A stretch of 64,000 bases of DNA from Eutreptiella sp. 'Long Island Sound 2002' (GCA_964036045.1 OZ038378.1:180668001-180732000); one strand, 5' to 3'. Shown: positions 24,412 to 38,263, numbered from the stretch's first letter. Numbers and translations: made by a program. The notes: generated by a model not told the origin, from the letters alone.

Positions 24412-25179
24412 CAAGGTATCAATTCCAATCATGCTCAAACTGCAAGGTTCAACAATCCTACGTCCTACCACTACTGCAAACCATGAGTCCAGTGTTCGGC
24501 TCTGAGGGGGGCTGCCCAGAGGGCGGTGATCTCCATATGTGCAGTCGCCACTAACACACCGGGATCCTGCCCTATGAACCATCCACATAGCAAAAAGACA
24601 CACATTGCATGCCCGTGTGCCCTTTTGCTCCCCACAGACCATCCTCATGCACCCCTGATGGTTCTAGGGGGACACTGCCGCTGAAATAAATAAACGGAAG
24701 GGGCAACATGAGCTAGCTTTCATATTTATTTCCCCAGCTGACGAAATGGCCACCAACCAGCCAACCAGAAGGTAGGAAAACAGGTGGGAACAAAGAGAAA
24801 TGCGGAAACACCGCGACAAACAAACCACATCAAGGGAGGGGTACGGAGAGCCCGTGCCATCCTGCTGAGAGCAAAAAGAAGGCATAGCGAGCAGCACCGC
24901 ATGCTGGGAGATCAGGCGGGTAAAACTACAGGCGACACGCCATAGTGGGCCCGCTTCTCACGGAGGAATTGGAGGCTCGCTGGGTGCCTCATGCGCCTAG
25001 AGTTGGCGAGCGCATCAGCTCACTCGTTTCCTACAATCCCAATATGACTGTACACGTGACACCAGACAGTCACAGCGGTGCGAGTTTGCAGGGGCCTCTC
25101 GCAAGGCACCCCACAAATCAGCATTTGAGACATTGGACCCCAAGAGAAACCACCGGTGCATATGGGTGTTGGCACCGTC

Positions 25180-25210
<31 letters not shown>

Positions 25211-25589
25211 CGTGCGCGCGCCAATTGCCAATTGCCTCGCATTGGGGGTGATTCAAACCATGCTCTGTTCATGCCTATGGCAGTTCATGGGAGCCCTATG
25301 GACTCATGTTCAATTCAAACTGAGGCTGGTTCGAGAGGTCAGTACTGCACATTGGTCCTTGGCATCCTGTCTGTTGTCTAATCTGGTTCCCGGTCTAGTA
25401 GCTTCAGCGGTGCATTCCGCATTCTCCTCCGTCTTTGGCGGATAGACATGTCACTGCACGTACTGCCGTCAGAGACCTACACTGACGCCTGACGTTTCAC
25501 CCCTCATCCTATAGTGTGTTTCTGCCTACCGCCCCTGAGGCCATCATGTGGCGCCCTCCTGGGCCGTACTGGTCGATGTATCTTGGACT

Positions 25590-26005
25590 GTGTTGCCCTG
25601 CCTTCGCCAGCTCATCAGCGCCTTCATTGTATACAATTTAATTGTGACCATAAACATGTGTCATCGTCACCTGCGCGGATCAGCTCCTGATAATCGACAA
25701 AACCTCCTCGTATAGATCATGGTGCCGCACTGGCTTCTTCCTCTGGGTCATCCACCCCCTTCTTTTGTACAAACTTAAGTTGCCAAAAATGTCTACGCAC
25801 CACTTAGAGTCACTTTTCATGCACAACATTTTGTCTCCGCGCACCGCGCTCATGGCTGCTCCCACTGCGGACACCTCGGCTCGGTTGTTCGTTTGGGGCC
25901 CCACCACTGGTCGGCTGATATTCGGGTACTCGCCATGCGGAAAGTACACGCCATACCCTGCTTGCCCCCTTATTTCGGACCCATCCACCCACACATGCAG
26001 TTTGT
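25590..26005 (-). pseudogene. RNase HI domain at the C-terminus of LINE ORF2 (frameshifted)
   Basis: WVDGS...GYGVYF...QTNNRAEV...SDSKWCV...KRRGW...VRHHDL, then after a frameshift HVYGHN...NEGADELAKAG. All D-E-D-H-D positions are recognisable. Confidence 0.9.
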
Positions 26006-26699
26006 CATTGTCTAGCAAGAAGTCCCGGACTGTTTCAACGTCCGAAAGGTCCGGCGACGGGTCCATTGTCATTGGTACATGTGCCTGCTCGTCCACCGAT
26101 GTACAGGCTGGCGACCACGGTTCTTCCATGGAATCGTCCGAGTGTCCATCCATCCAGTGCGCCAAGTATCCCCCTTTGGGGGGGGATGGGAACCGCATCT
26201 CATTTTCTGACTGCGACATATGGGTACATGTTGGGGACCACGGGGTGTCCTCCCGCTCCGGCACTTCACCGTCCGAGTGCGCATCTTGCTCAACCTCGGG
26301 TGACGGTGATCATACATTCTCCACGTTGTGTGGTCTACACATTGTGCTTGGAAGCCCCGCCGCCGCTAGCGCTCTTGCCCATTGGTCTGACTCCGTGGAC
26401 ACCTGGACCCAGGCATCTCGTTGCATCTGTTGGCGTTCCCTCTTGCGTTGTTGAGCATTTTCTTTTCGCTGTTGTTTAGAGCTGCGCTCTTGCGCCTCCT
26501 ATACCCCGGCTGCCGCCACTCTTGCTTCCGTGAGCTGCATCCGCGCCCTTTGCACCGTGGGGTCTTTCCCCAGCATGTGTTGCCGTTGTTGCCAGAACCA
26601 AGTGGACGTCCGTTGTGCCGTTCTCGACGCTTCCGCCTGCCACGTATTGCAAAACCACATGTGCGCCTCTGTGAACGTAACCCTAGGGACATGATCACC

Positions 26700-27440
26700 A
26701 TCATGGTGTCCACTTCCATCCGCCGAACTACCTTTTGACATCGCAGCGTCCATAAGCGGTGCAGTCCCCACCAAAAACATAGCCCAGTGGGATTAGTGAG
26801 CGCAATGATGGGATCGTCTGCCACCCACCTGCCTACATCTACGCCCTTGACCACCAGTGTGGCTACGTCTCAACACCCCGCATACAGCAGGCGCACCATG
26901 GGACAGCTTTTCATAAGAGGTATAATGTCTCCTGCGCACCACAACCATTTTTGAGGAGGATAGGCCTCAAATTCATCGCTTGCTTTTGAGCACATGCCAT
27001 AGCGAGGGTGAAATGTAAATGCTCGCTTTCATAGACGTTGGAGGGATGTTTCCATGTTTCAAGCATCGTCGCCCGAAGCCCCCCCCCCCCCCTCATCACT
27101 TGAATGGACTGTAGTTTGGGAACCTGGGCGGTGCTTAGCAGGAGCACTTGACACGGCGTGCTGGTGGCGCGGAGATTTAGATGTCTGGCCTCACCAAGCA
27201 GCTTTTAAGTTAGACGTGGGGATGAATTGGTGGTACAAAGATCCAAGTCATCGTTTGTGTTGGCCTTTTGATTCTACAATGTCTGTGGGAAGGAAGGATG
27301 TCATGTGGCACATGGATTTGCTCTCCACCATGCACATCCCTCATGAATATCCTTGACCAGGCGACCCCGCTATCGGACTTGTAGTTTCTTCCATAGCACT
27401 CGGTACATAAACTCGTGGGTGATGAAGGGAGGTTCGTCTT
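26700..27440 (-). pseudogene. zf-RVT-like region of LINE ORF2, apparently interrupted by a ~350-bp insert
   Basis: HEFMYRVLWKKLQVR (~27370-27420); GCGAQETL..SCP (~26900-26950); WGLHRLWTLRC. Confidence 0.6.
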
Positions 27441-27992
27441 CCACAGCGCCGGCCATACATCCTGGTTCTGCCGGTCCGTCGGCGCCATTTCCACAAACTA
27501 GGCCTATTTTCCACCCTTAAGGCGCCACTCCTCGAACCCCGGCGGCATTGACCCGTCAATGCGCACCGATTCTACGTCGGCGGCGTCGAGCAGCCCCACT
27601 ACCATGTCGAGTGCTTGTTGCGCATGGTTCCTGTGCACTGCTCCCATGGTGCGCACCATATTCGGTACGTCGACGTTATTCACCTCTCCGACGGTGGTTG
27701 CCCACGGCCGCCACTTGTGAACCCTGAGCACCTAGACGTTTGTCATGATGAAGACGGAGTGCGCCAAACCCAGATTCCGCGGCGTCGAAAAACTCCATAG
27801 GGACCTCACTAATATTCCCTCACATCTAGCTATGCCTGGTGCCAGCACCGTGTGCCGAATGGCCAGCGCTGTGCAGGGGATTCCCTCGCTATCACAAAAC
27901 GCCCTCAGCACCGGCTTGAGATCCTTGTTCTCCGTTGGTGTCGCCTGTCCCGACAGGCACCTCGCCAGTGGTTGAACGTGTGCCCGGCGGCA

Positions 27993-29540
27993 TTAGAGTT
28001 CCGGGCTGCTGAGCTCCCCACCCCAGCCTACTAGTGACTTTCCCAGCCCCACCGGACTCACGGTTAGGGTCGTGACATTCAGCGCCATTCGGACATATTT
28101 CTTGAGCCGCACCAAGACTTTCTTTGGCATGTCAATCACAGTAGCTACGTTATGCAGTGTGGGGCACACCCATTGATGCACCAGCTGGATCTTGATCCCC
28201 AGCAGCAACACCAGGCTGCCAATTTTCTTACACTTGCAACGCATTTTGTTCGTGCTTTCGTCGTATTCCTACCCCTCCTTCAAGTCACCCCCTAGGATTC
28301 CCGGGAACTTCGTCTTATGCACCACCGTGACTCCTTCAATGTGCTCCCCCTGTGGCTGCTCCAGTGCCAACAATTCGCTTTTCACGGCATTGCACCGCAA
28401 GTTGGACACATCCCCAAACTCCGAAAACAGCGTGCGCACGCGTTGCAACACGGACTCCTTCGGCGGGGGGTCTATCATGGAGTCATCTACATACCAAAAC
28501 TGCTCCAAGTCCAGCCCCGCCGCCTAGATGCGACGGATCAACAAGCTGGTAGCAAATACAAACAACATTGGGCTCAGATGGTCCCCCTACCGGATGCCCG
28601 CTTCCAGGACAAAGGGGTCCCCTATTGCTACATTACCCACCAGATTGGAGGTAAGGCCCCCTAAGAATCTCGCCACCCAACGCACTATAGCCAGCGGCAC
28701 TCCCATCTCCGCCAGCCCTACCAATACAAATTCATGTGCCGTCTTATCATACGCTTTCTGGAGGTCCGCCCCAAAGAACCATCGCTTTGCCCCCCACTGC
28801 GTGTTCTCCACTCGTTGTAACCACATGGCGACGAGGCCCATCATTTGCCATTTCTTCAAGAAACCCACCTGTTGTGGCGGCACCAACTGTTGCATCATGT
28901 TCTCGATGGATTTCAAAACCGTTGTTGAGTATATTTTCGCTCTCTCGTTTAACATTGCTAGAGGCCGCATGTTGGCCACCACCGGTGGCCTATTCTTCAT
29001 GTGCGTTCGTATCCTGTGATCTAGCATCCCTAGAATATAAGCAGTAGCTAGCTGCCATTGCATGGTGATTGTCATAGGCCTTGCCAAAAAGTCAGCCAAC
29101 GCGTGCCACAAGGGCTTCCCTATTCCATCCATACCCGCCGAGCAATCGCCCGCTGCGCTGCGCCTGATGGCCTTCTTCATGACGTCCACAATCATGGGTA
29201 GCACGAGCTCCGGTGGCCGTCTCCAATTTCGTGGTTTGGGCGAACCCCTGAGGTACTCATTCACCGCTTCCAAGTCATGCAGTCCCCCATGTGCCACCCG
29301 GCGCGAATGTTCCTTTAGTTCGTTTGCCATCTCCCCCGGGTCCATCATCACCCCGTCCCCAGTGTGCAGAACCACCATCCTCATCAGTTTGGAAATCTGC
29401 TTGCGCCGCTGCCGCGTCGGCGTTGATCCTTCATATCGTAGCACCGCTCCCAGTTGCAATGCCCCCTCCGAGAGGTTCAGCGAATATTTCGCCGAGTTCC
29501 GCACTGCGTTAAGGCGGCAAAACACCTGATTTTCCGTCAA
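27993..29540 (-). pseudogene. Non-LTR reverse transcriptase of LINE ORF2 (stops and frameshifts)
   Basis: RPLAMLN, QQVGF, DLQKAYD, GIR*GDHLSPMLF, WYVDD. Confidence 0.93.
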
Positions 29541-29974
29541 TTCCTCTTGCGGCTGTTGTCACACCAGTCGCAAGCCATCCTCGGACACCGCAAATGCGGT
29601 GCTTGCATTCATGGCATTGTTCAGCCTCCGCGGCTGCTGCACCTTTCTTGGGGCAGGCGTTGCCTTGGCCGCCCTCTCCGTCACCTCCCATACCATGGAA
29701 TCCAGTCGGTCCCACCATGCATACACCTGCACTTCCGCGGGAGTGGGCTGTATGCCGCGTAACGTCCCCAGATCGGCCGTTGGTTGACTACTCTCGTCCC
29801 ACAACATCATCCCCTACACATCCGAGTTTGTGTCCTCCGGCCCTTCCACCGGGTGCGATGGTTTCTGCATTCATACCTGCTGTGCCTAGCCCTCCATGAG
29901 TTCTTGGTCCTGCACCACACACGTGGGGATGCGCGCTCTGGGCGGTAGTTGTAAATACTCCAGTACAAACTCCA

Positions 29975-30724
29975 CCATAACCACCCGGCGGTCAGATACC
30001 CCGAGCTGCACAACTTGCACTTGTGACGGCGCTCTTGCCCACAATAGCGGTACATGTACTCGGTCTATTCGACGCTGCACCAATGCTCCCCCTTGCTGCA
30101 CATGGCAGTGTGTGTAGTTGTCGCTATTCATCACTAGATCGCGTGAGTGGCTACACGTCCCGTAGCCCCCAGTCATCCACTAGGTCCTGCTCCAGCCGCA
30201 TGGCCGACTTCTCATTTTCCGACCACGCCGGATCGTAAGCTGCCTCCTGTGAGTCCGGAAGCGAATTCATGTGTCCCGCCATGAGGCATGCCCCGGTCAG
30301 CTCGTAGTCCACGAGCTCCTCCCAAAAGAGCTTCGTGTCCGCCGCCGGGTTGGGCGCATGTACATTCATGAGAGTGAGGTGTTCCCCTGGACACCAACAG
30401 GATCCGCAGCCGCAGTACTCTTTCGTCGAACGGAGAGGTCGGCGGCACCGGGCCGTGGCTTTCCAACTGGATATCATCCTTAAGCAGCACCATCATCCCA
30501 CCTTTGATAAAAGTCTTGGGATGCAGCCAAACCACTACATACCCATATCGCAAGGCCTCTTGCTCCACATCTCGCACATGCCAGTCCACAAGCCCGTTGA
30601 CATGCGTCTCTTGGACAAGCAGTATGTCCAGTCGCAGTTTGCACGCTGCTTTCAGTATCTTACAGTACTTGTACTCCGGCCCTGGTGTGACCGTGAACAA
30701 TCCGTTTGCATTGAAAGTCATCAC
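29975..30724 (-). pseudogene. APE-type endonuclease of LINE ORF2 (frameshifted)
   Basis: TFNANGL, DILLVQETH, NVHAPN, AGHMNS (GDFN position), GLRDV, RIDRVHV, SD. Confidence 0.9.
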
Positions 30725-30759
30725 TCGCTATCGGTCCAGGCAAGGACCCCCTCTGTGCT

Positions 30760-32885
30760 CCATGGCTGCACCCGTTACCGGTGCGCCTTGGCCCCTTGCC
30801 ACTGCCTCATCACCCCCACCATTGACAACACCGGTGCCTCTTGGCCTGTGCCTCCCCCTGCTAACCCTTTACCCACCACTGCAGTCCGGTCCACACACCC
30901 ACCTGGGCACTTCCGTGTGAAGTGGCCGTCGCCGTGGCCCTTGAAGACGTTGCCGCGGATTCCGCAGCATTGCCGCCTGGCAGTAGCGAGTGCTGCGCTC
31001 GACCCCCGGTTCTGGGGATCACATAGGTCGTCTTCGCCTGGGGGGGCGTCTCCGGTGGCTGGGCCGGCTTTCCCATTGGACATTCACGTGCAAAATGCCC
31101 CTCCTTTCCGCATTTGCAGATACCAGCGGCCTGGCCGCCGGCCCCGTCGGTTCTCGGTGTTGCTGTCGCTCTTTCTCCTGCACATATTGCTCCCGAGACA
31201 AAACTCCGTACGCACAGTCCTCCATGAGAATAACGGTCCCCTCATGCGAGGCAGCATCCATTATTGATACTCGCCAGGTCGTGGTGCCCCGATCGCCTAC
31301 GTTCCAACACATACGTGATATGGAGCCCAGCTCCATCTGGTCCACCCTGAGACTTTCGATCACCAAGGCCCGCACCTAAGCTGCCAAGAGCCACGGCTCC
31401 AACTCCGTGATATAGATGATGTCCATTCCAACAACTAATGCCGCTGAGCTGTCAGACATAGGGTCATCGCTGTCACCATCCCCCAGCAGAGTTCGTGCAC
31501 CCGTCCTCTTTATGAGCGGGCCCAGCTGCTGCGCCATGGCTACTATTCCCCACTCCATGGCATCCGCTTTGTGTTGGCCGTTTACTCCCACCTGGAGCTT
31601 GTTGGTACCCCGATAGATTGCCGCTGACCGCTCCATACCAACCTCCATCATCATCCCCACCATACTGGACCATAACCTCTGGGCCGTGGCGTCTTTGGCC
31701 TCACCCGAAGCCCATATGTCATACAAAAATTCATGCGCAGAAGTGCTATTGGCAGCCCACTCATCAACTGTCATGACTACAAAAAACGGGGTCAGCGTAT
31801 GTTTCGGAATGTTCGCTGCCAACATTTCTGGAGTCGCTTCAACAAAGAAAATTGCTGCTCCCGGCACAAAACCCTCCATCGCACCCCGGCGGTCGCCCTT
31901 AGCCTAAAAGTCCCTCATGATGCTGGCTATGGACTCCTTCTTGGCTTGGACTGCCACCAACCCCTGCGGAACTCGCCGCTTCTTGGCGTGCCGCACCTTA
32001 GTGCCATCGCTTTGAGGCATTAGCTTCACGAACTTCACCTTCGGATCGGATCAGCACCGCATCCTGCTTTGTCGAATCTCAATGACCCACAGTGCAGCCT
32101 CCAAGCCATCCCGCATCCGGATAGGGCGCGACGTCAAATACACCGCCTCCAACCCTGGCACAGACTTTTCGATGCGATCCTTTTCATAAACGGTCCGCTG
32201 CAGGGCGGTACAGGATCATGCGGTCCACCCCTTCAAGGGACATTATCATCCGTACAGACGTAGCTAGCTGCACCAGCGTTTCGCCAGAGTGGGAGACATA
32301 CCGAATTGTATCTCTGGCCACGTGCGCCCACCACCCACGAAATCATTCTGCAAGGATTGAATTCCTTACATCCAACCAATGCATCCTCAAACACTCCACT
32401 CGCCACAGACCAAACGTGACTTTTGGGGACCGGAAAAGCATACGCTCAATCAAGTGGACCTCAAAACCAGAAAGCACCGTCGCCGTCTCCTTTTGTAGCC
32501 AGCCATCATCAGGTTCTTCCCCCATGTCGGCATCATCGCGCACCGTCGACGGCGGTGCCACACCACCAGAAGCCGGCACCAAACTGCCCCCATGTTGTAG
32601 CTGTGCGTCAATCTGCATACCCCGCTGCTGCAGGGCAGCCCGCTTGACTTTTTCCATGGTCTCCGTTGCGCTCGCACATCGTTTCTCCGACCGTGAGCCG
32701 CTTTCTACACCAGCCGCAGAAGTATCGCTCAGTTCTACAGCATTACATGTAAGATCCACAGCATCCGTGTCCGCACTCAGCCCTACTGGGGCACGTTCAC
32801 TCGAGCGAGGGCTGGGTGCCACTGGCTCTGACGGCTGTGCAATTGGCATTGGGACTATATGGGGTCCTTTAGCGCCCCCTCGCAT
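30760..32885 (-). pseudogene. Putative LINE ORF1 remnants
   Basis: Long coding-like - strand frames (32343-32900, 31376-31879 continuing through a stop to 31019) directly upstream of APE. No recognisable domain. Confidence 0.55.
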
Positions 32886-33479
32886 GCAACATCGATGCAA
32901 AAAGAGGGCTTGTGTGTGTGTGTGTATGTGTGCATGTAACAGGGTTCACCGTGTCTGTCTCACACAGGGTCGGTCCCTAAGTCTAGCACGGGGCAATCTG
33001 CGAGCCTTGATGGGTCAAGCTACTCAGTCTAGGTAATGGAGAGCGGTCCAAGAGCGGGAACATGAACTGTCAGTATGGTGAGTGGACACACACTCAACCC
33101 AACCCAACCCAATTTCAGAGCCAACCTGATGCAATGTCATGCACTAGAGATCATAGGTTTAATCGCTGGATGCACAAGCATGAGGATCTGGGCTCAAATT
33201 ATGGTGGCCCACACTTGTTACGCAGCTTGCACTTAAGCATGGGCAATCCGCAATTGATGGAGTTCTGATTGCCATGATTAGGGTGTGGCCTCACTCTCTG
33301 TAGCCTGGCATGTATCATGTTTGCCCACACGTCCAGAGGTGCACATGAGATCGACTCTCCATATGCGGTGCACGCTTGAAGGGTGAGTGGTGGATCAACG
33401 AACATAGCGGTTCGCCCCCCGTGCATCAGTTGTCACACCATTTCCTAACCATTCCCGACGCTGAAGTACAAACTACGGG

Positions 33480-33900
33480 TAACGGGCTTGGGACTTGGGA
33501 ACGCACACTTGAAAGTTGCTCAAAGCTGCTCAAACTGATGTCGCCCAAATCCACTGTTACCCTCCTTCACGTATGTGCTCCTTCATGGTTCACACTAGAT
33601 TACGCATGTAAATACTGCTAGTTGATACTTGCACATCTCAGACAGGATCGGTGGTAGCCTGTAGCATGCTGGATCCAACATGAAAATATTTGTGGACAGT
33701 ATCTACCTATCTGGGACGATTAGTGTTGGCTTGTAGCTCCATCTGCTGTGGGAGAGCCTGGGAGGCTGGGAGGCCCTCAAAGAGCAGCATGCTGTACACC
33801 CCAGCAATCTCAGCACTTGGGCCTGACACAGAACCAAGCTGAAAACACACCACGTGTAGGATCCTCCAGTGTAGCTCCTGTGGCTCAGCGTGTGTAAGCA
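33480..33900. repeat. Dispersed repeat; inverted homologue at ~55790-56200
   Basis: gatacttgcacatctcagacaggatc.gtggtagcctgtagca.gctggatccaacatg here is the reverse complement of sequence at ~55990-56050. Confidence 0.8.
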
Positions 33901-34916
33901 GAAAAATCAATCGGCAACACTGCCCTCCGTTGTTGGTTATCCTCCCCCCCTTTCGCAGGGAGAGGGGTATTTTCATCCCCAAGCCAAATGGCCTGAGCCG
34001 GCGCCGTCCTCGGCGCTTTGGTGCTGGTTCGGGAACCACCCGCGACCGAATCCAGCAGTCCAACTACCGAATCCAGCAGTCCACCGTGTTTAGCAAGGGC
34101 TCAGGGCTGGTATTCGACAGGCTCATGCATGTGGACAACCGGTGCGGCTCAGTTGGGCTTGGCGTGTGACCAATTGGGGCAGCTATTAGCACTTTGCCAG
34201 GCTGCGGCCTTGGGTCCGGCATCTGGACATAGCTCCCATACACCCCCCCCCCGGTCCGCATCTACACCTACAGACTAGATACAAGTTCCATACCAGTTGC
34301 GCACAAGTTGCATACAACTTGCATGCAAATTCCATACAATTTCATGCAACTGATATCAAGCTCATATGCAAGTCGCAGACGAATCCTGTACCACTCGGCG
34401 CCAACTGTTCAACAAACGCCTTTCAAAGAGGTACCTCCAATGCACATTGCGATAACCGACATCCCAGAGGACAGGGAACCAACAAAGAAGCGTTTTGTAT
34501 GTGCTGCTCATGTGCGCAGCCCTCTGCCTCCATGGCGTTCACTCCCCTGCTGGTGTCCACGGGCTTTATTCACAAGCCCGTGAAGTTTGGAGAAAAGGGA
34601 GATGAGTCCCGGCGCCAACAGTTTGGGGCCAAAGAGAGGATCCATCCACCTGGAGAGTGAATAGCGTCTTGTGCACCAACCCTCGATAGCCCCAGGCCTT
34701 GCCGACGGGGTCGTCCAGCAGTAGAATGTCTCGGTGCCTGATAAGAAGGAAGATGCACGATCGCTCGTGTTACGCAGCTTGCAAACACACTAATTGCTAA
34801 GCACTAAATTATTTTCGTCAACTTGTTGTCTTAGAATGCAATCATTGGTGTCAATATTGATTGCCATATTGCCACAGGGTTGCTCCACTCCCAATATCGG
34901 CGCAAAATTCAGGATT

Positions 34917-35075
34917 CATTGTGCAAACTTAAGCATTACTCGTGCAAGCTCACGAATAATTGTGCAAACTCACCATGAATACGCAAACTCCGATATAGTT
35001 GTGCAAACTCACAATTAATTGTGCCAAACTTATCATTCATTGTGCAGACTCAGCATTAATTGTGCACATTCAGTC
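34917..35075. repeat. Degenerate ~20-bp minisatellite (core TTGTGCAAACTCA), ~8 copies
   Basis: Units start near 34917, 34937, 34958, 34978, 34997, 35017, 35038 and 35058. Confidence 0.75.
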
Positions 35076-36146
35076 GCAGCAAGAACAGAAAGCATGTAAA
35101 AGCAGCGAAAGTACAGCAGCAGGCACGCAGTAGCAAACAAACGATCCGATGCAACGGCAGCGCAAACAAAGTGACTTTGTCATAAATACTTCAATTTACA
35201 ACCATGAATCAGTTCTGTCGGACCTGCAGATCACCAAAGGGACACGCACGGGCCAACAAAAAAGAGCAATGATAGCACGCAGTAAATTACTACAAGTGCA
35301 TGTCGTCAACCTGCGCCCAGCTGCAGAAGACACACCCTTCATCCCATGATCAAAGCCCAGACAGCCCTGACTCCCAGTGGGGTCACAATCTGCACGCCGC
35401 CCCCCTTCTTGTCCAGGAGACATCTCGGCCCCAAGTTGCTGCGGCCTGGACACATACTGCGCCTTGGACAAGGGCATCTCTTGTGCGCGCACCCGGCTCA
35501 GCGGGACGAGGGCACAGACGGCCGCACTCACCTCCATGGCCTTCTTGATAGCCCTCTTCATGGCCCCAACAACACGAAACACCCTCCAAAGTGCAACTGG
35601 CAATTACCAATCTGCCAATCTGCCTGTCGACTGTGCGCGCCCAGACTCACCAACGCCCTTGGCCTCTCGGTGCACCATTGCATTTGTCACAAAATGCAAA
35701 GTAGGTCCCCAAATTGTATAGTCCGGACACCCCCTGTCCCCTGGAGAAGGGCGTCTCCTCGAGGAAGGGGGCACACAATGCCGAGTGTGTGGATGGGATT
35801 GCGCATGCGTTCATCCGGGGGTATGGGTCTTTGGGTGGGCCTGTACGTGGTCATCTGGGGGTGATGGCGGGGGTTAGGGGGTTGTGAGGTGTTTCGTGGG
35901 TTGTGGGGGTCCAGTGTGCATCGTGGTACGCCGTGGGAATGTTGAACAATTCGAACTTGTGGCGCTGCGATGGATTCTGCGATACCGCACGCACCTCTTT
36001 GACAACTATGGCCAAACATCACGTACTATGACACAACTGCATAAAGCCACCGCACTAACTTGACTGTGGGGAGTACGCAAGAACCAAAACCTGCTCTTGG
36101 GGTACCACCAGCACCCATACCCACTGCGAAACCCACATCCACACTA

Positions 36147-36240
36147 ACACCCACACCCACACCCACACCCACACCCACACCCACACCCACACCCACACCC
36201 ACACCCACACCCACACCCACACCCACACCCACACCCACCC
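36147..36240. repeat. (ACACCC)n / (GGGTGT)n hexamer array, ~15 units
   Basis: Directly visible. Confidence 0.95.
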
Positions 36241-36562
36241 ACAAATAGCCCCCCCCATACAAACGCACGCGCATACACACATACACGCGCACGGTGATGA
36301 TTGCCCAATCACAATGAAGCCGTCAGAGGGGAAAGACCAAAAACAAACTTCGTGGTGCTACTTCAGGGACAGCCCCAGGCCACTTGCATTCTATGACAGA
36401 GCGGGATTGAGTAAGAGCAGTATTTCATGTTCTTATCCTATCATGATCTGATCATGATCTAAACCCGCTCTTGCAACACACACACGCGCGCAAGCAGGCG
36501 CGTATGCACACGTACACACACACACACACACACACACAACATCAAAGCGAGCCGCCACATAC

Positions 36563-36629
36563 TGCAATGCCTCTTGCCGGTGTATCTCCGTCAGATTCCA
36601 ACCAGATAGAATGAAAAAGGTTGGAATCC
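36563..36629 (-). CDS. GT31 glycosyltransferase, candidate exon 4
   Basis: Acceptor ccacatcgcacag|GG (phase 1, matches exon 3). Encodes IPTFFILSGWNLTEIHRQEALQ; donor CA|gtatgt. Confidence 0.6.
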
Positions 36630-36683
36630 CTGTGCGATGTGGAGGCATTGGAAGACGAGTTTCAAATTCGCGCTTGCCACAGC

Positions 36684-37560
<877 letters not shown>

Positions 37561-38263
37561 TTCTTCTGCCAGAGGCTTCACATTGATTCGAGGGTGCTCT
37601 CCAACGCATTTGATGTGAAATTTGTGACAGGGTCAGGTGGCTCCGGATCACCATATTGTGGGGTGGGGGGCTGATCCTCTTGGTACCCCGGTGTGTTGGG
37701 AAATCCGGAAAGAATTTGTCTTGGTCCGTGTGGATGATCCTTATGGCGGATGATGGGCTGGGGATGTGCGGTAGCTGTGATACAGCTCTTTCTCTTTGTG
37801 GTAGGGTGCATTTAGGCCCCGCGGGCAACCGACGGCCATCGCTTTTGAGTGACTTGGGTAAGGACCAGGCCACATCACCCTCCACACCCTTCATAACCCT
37901 TGTTGTCTTCGAGCCTGCCTATGGCCAGGGCGCACACTCCACCAGCACCACCACAGACAAAATGCCATTTTTGGAAATGCATCACCCCACCAGCGCGTCA
38001 CCACCTGGTCCGGGTCCGGAACCCCCTGGCCCTGTGTTACACTTCCCACATCAGTCGTGGTGGAGAGCACCCTCCGAACTTCACGGGGGGGCATGGCACT
38101 GGCCACCCGTGGTATGGTCACCGAGCACTCTTTACCATCAGCGGTGCAGGGGCCAGCATCGCCCAGTCGTGCAGCCACTAATGCACCGCACTCGTTCCGG
38201 AAGATCAGCACACGTTCCAATCCCCCACCCACCCAGCTCCATGGCACACACACGAGCTGGGAC

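Larger units (their letters stand above)
25221..32908 (-). mobile_element. Decayed near-full-length L1/Tx1-like non-LTR retrotransposon (ORF1 + APE-RT-zfRVT-RNase H); termini inferred
   Basis: Collinear domain remnants listed below. Lies in a GT31 intron in the same orientation. Ends placed at flanking (CA)n tracts (inference). Confidence 0.85.

Noticed and set aside
30775-31083. CCHC zinc knuckle in LINE ORF1 (GHGDGHFTRKC)
   Set aside because: Spacing does not fit CX2CX4HX4C, and this may not be the coding frame.
34917-35075. CRISPR-like array (also considered for 62882-63330)
   Set aside because: Repeats are degenerate, spacers are too short or irregular, there are no cas genes, and the context is eukaryotic.
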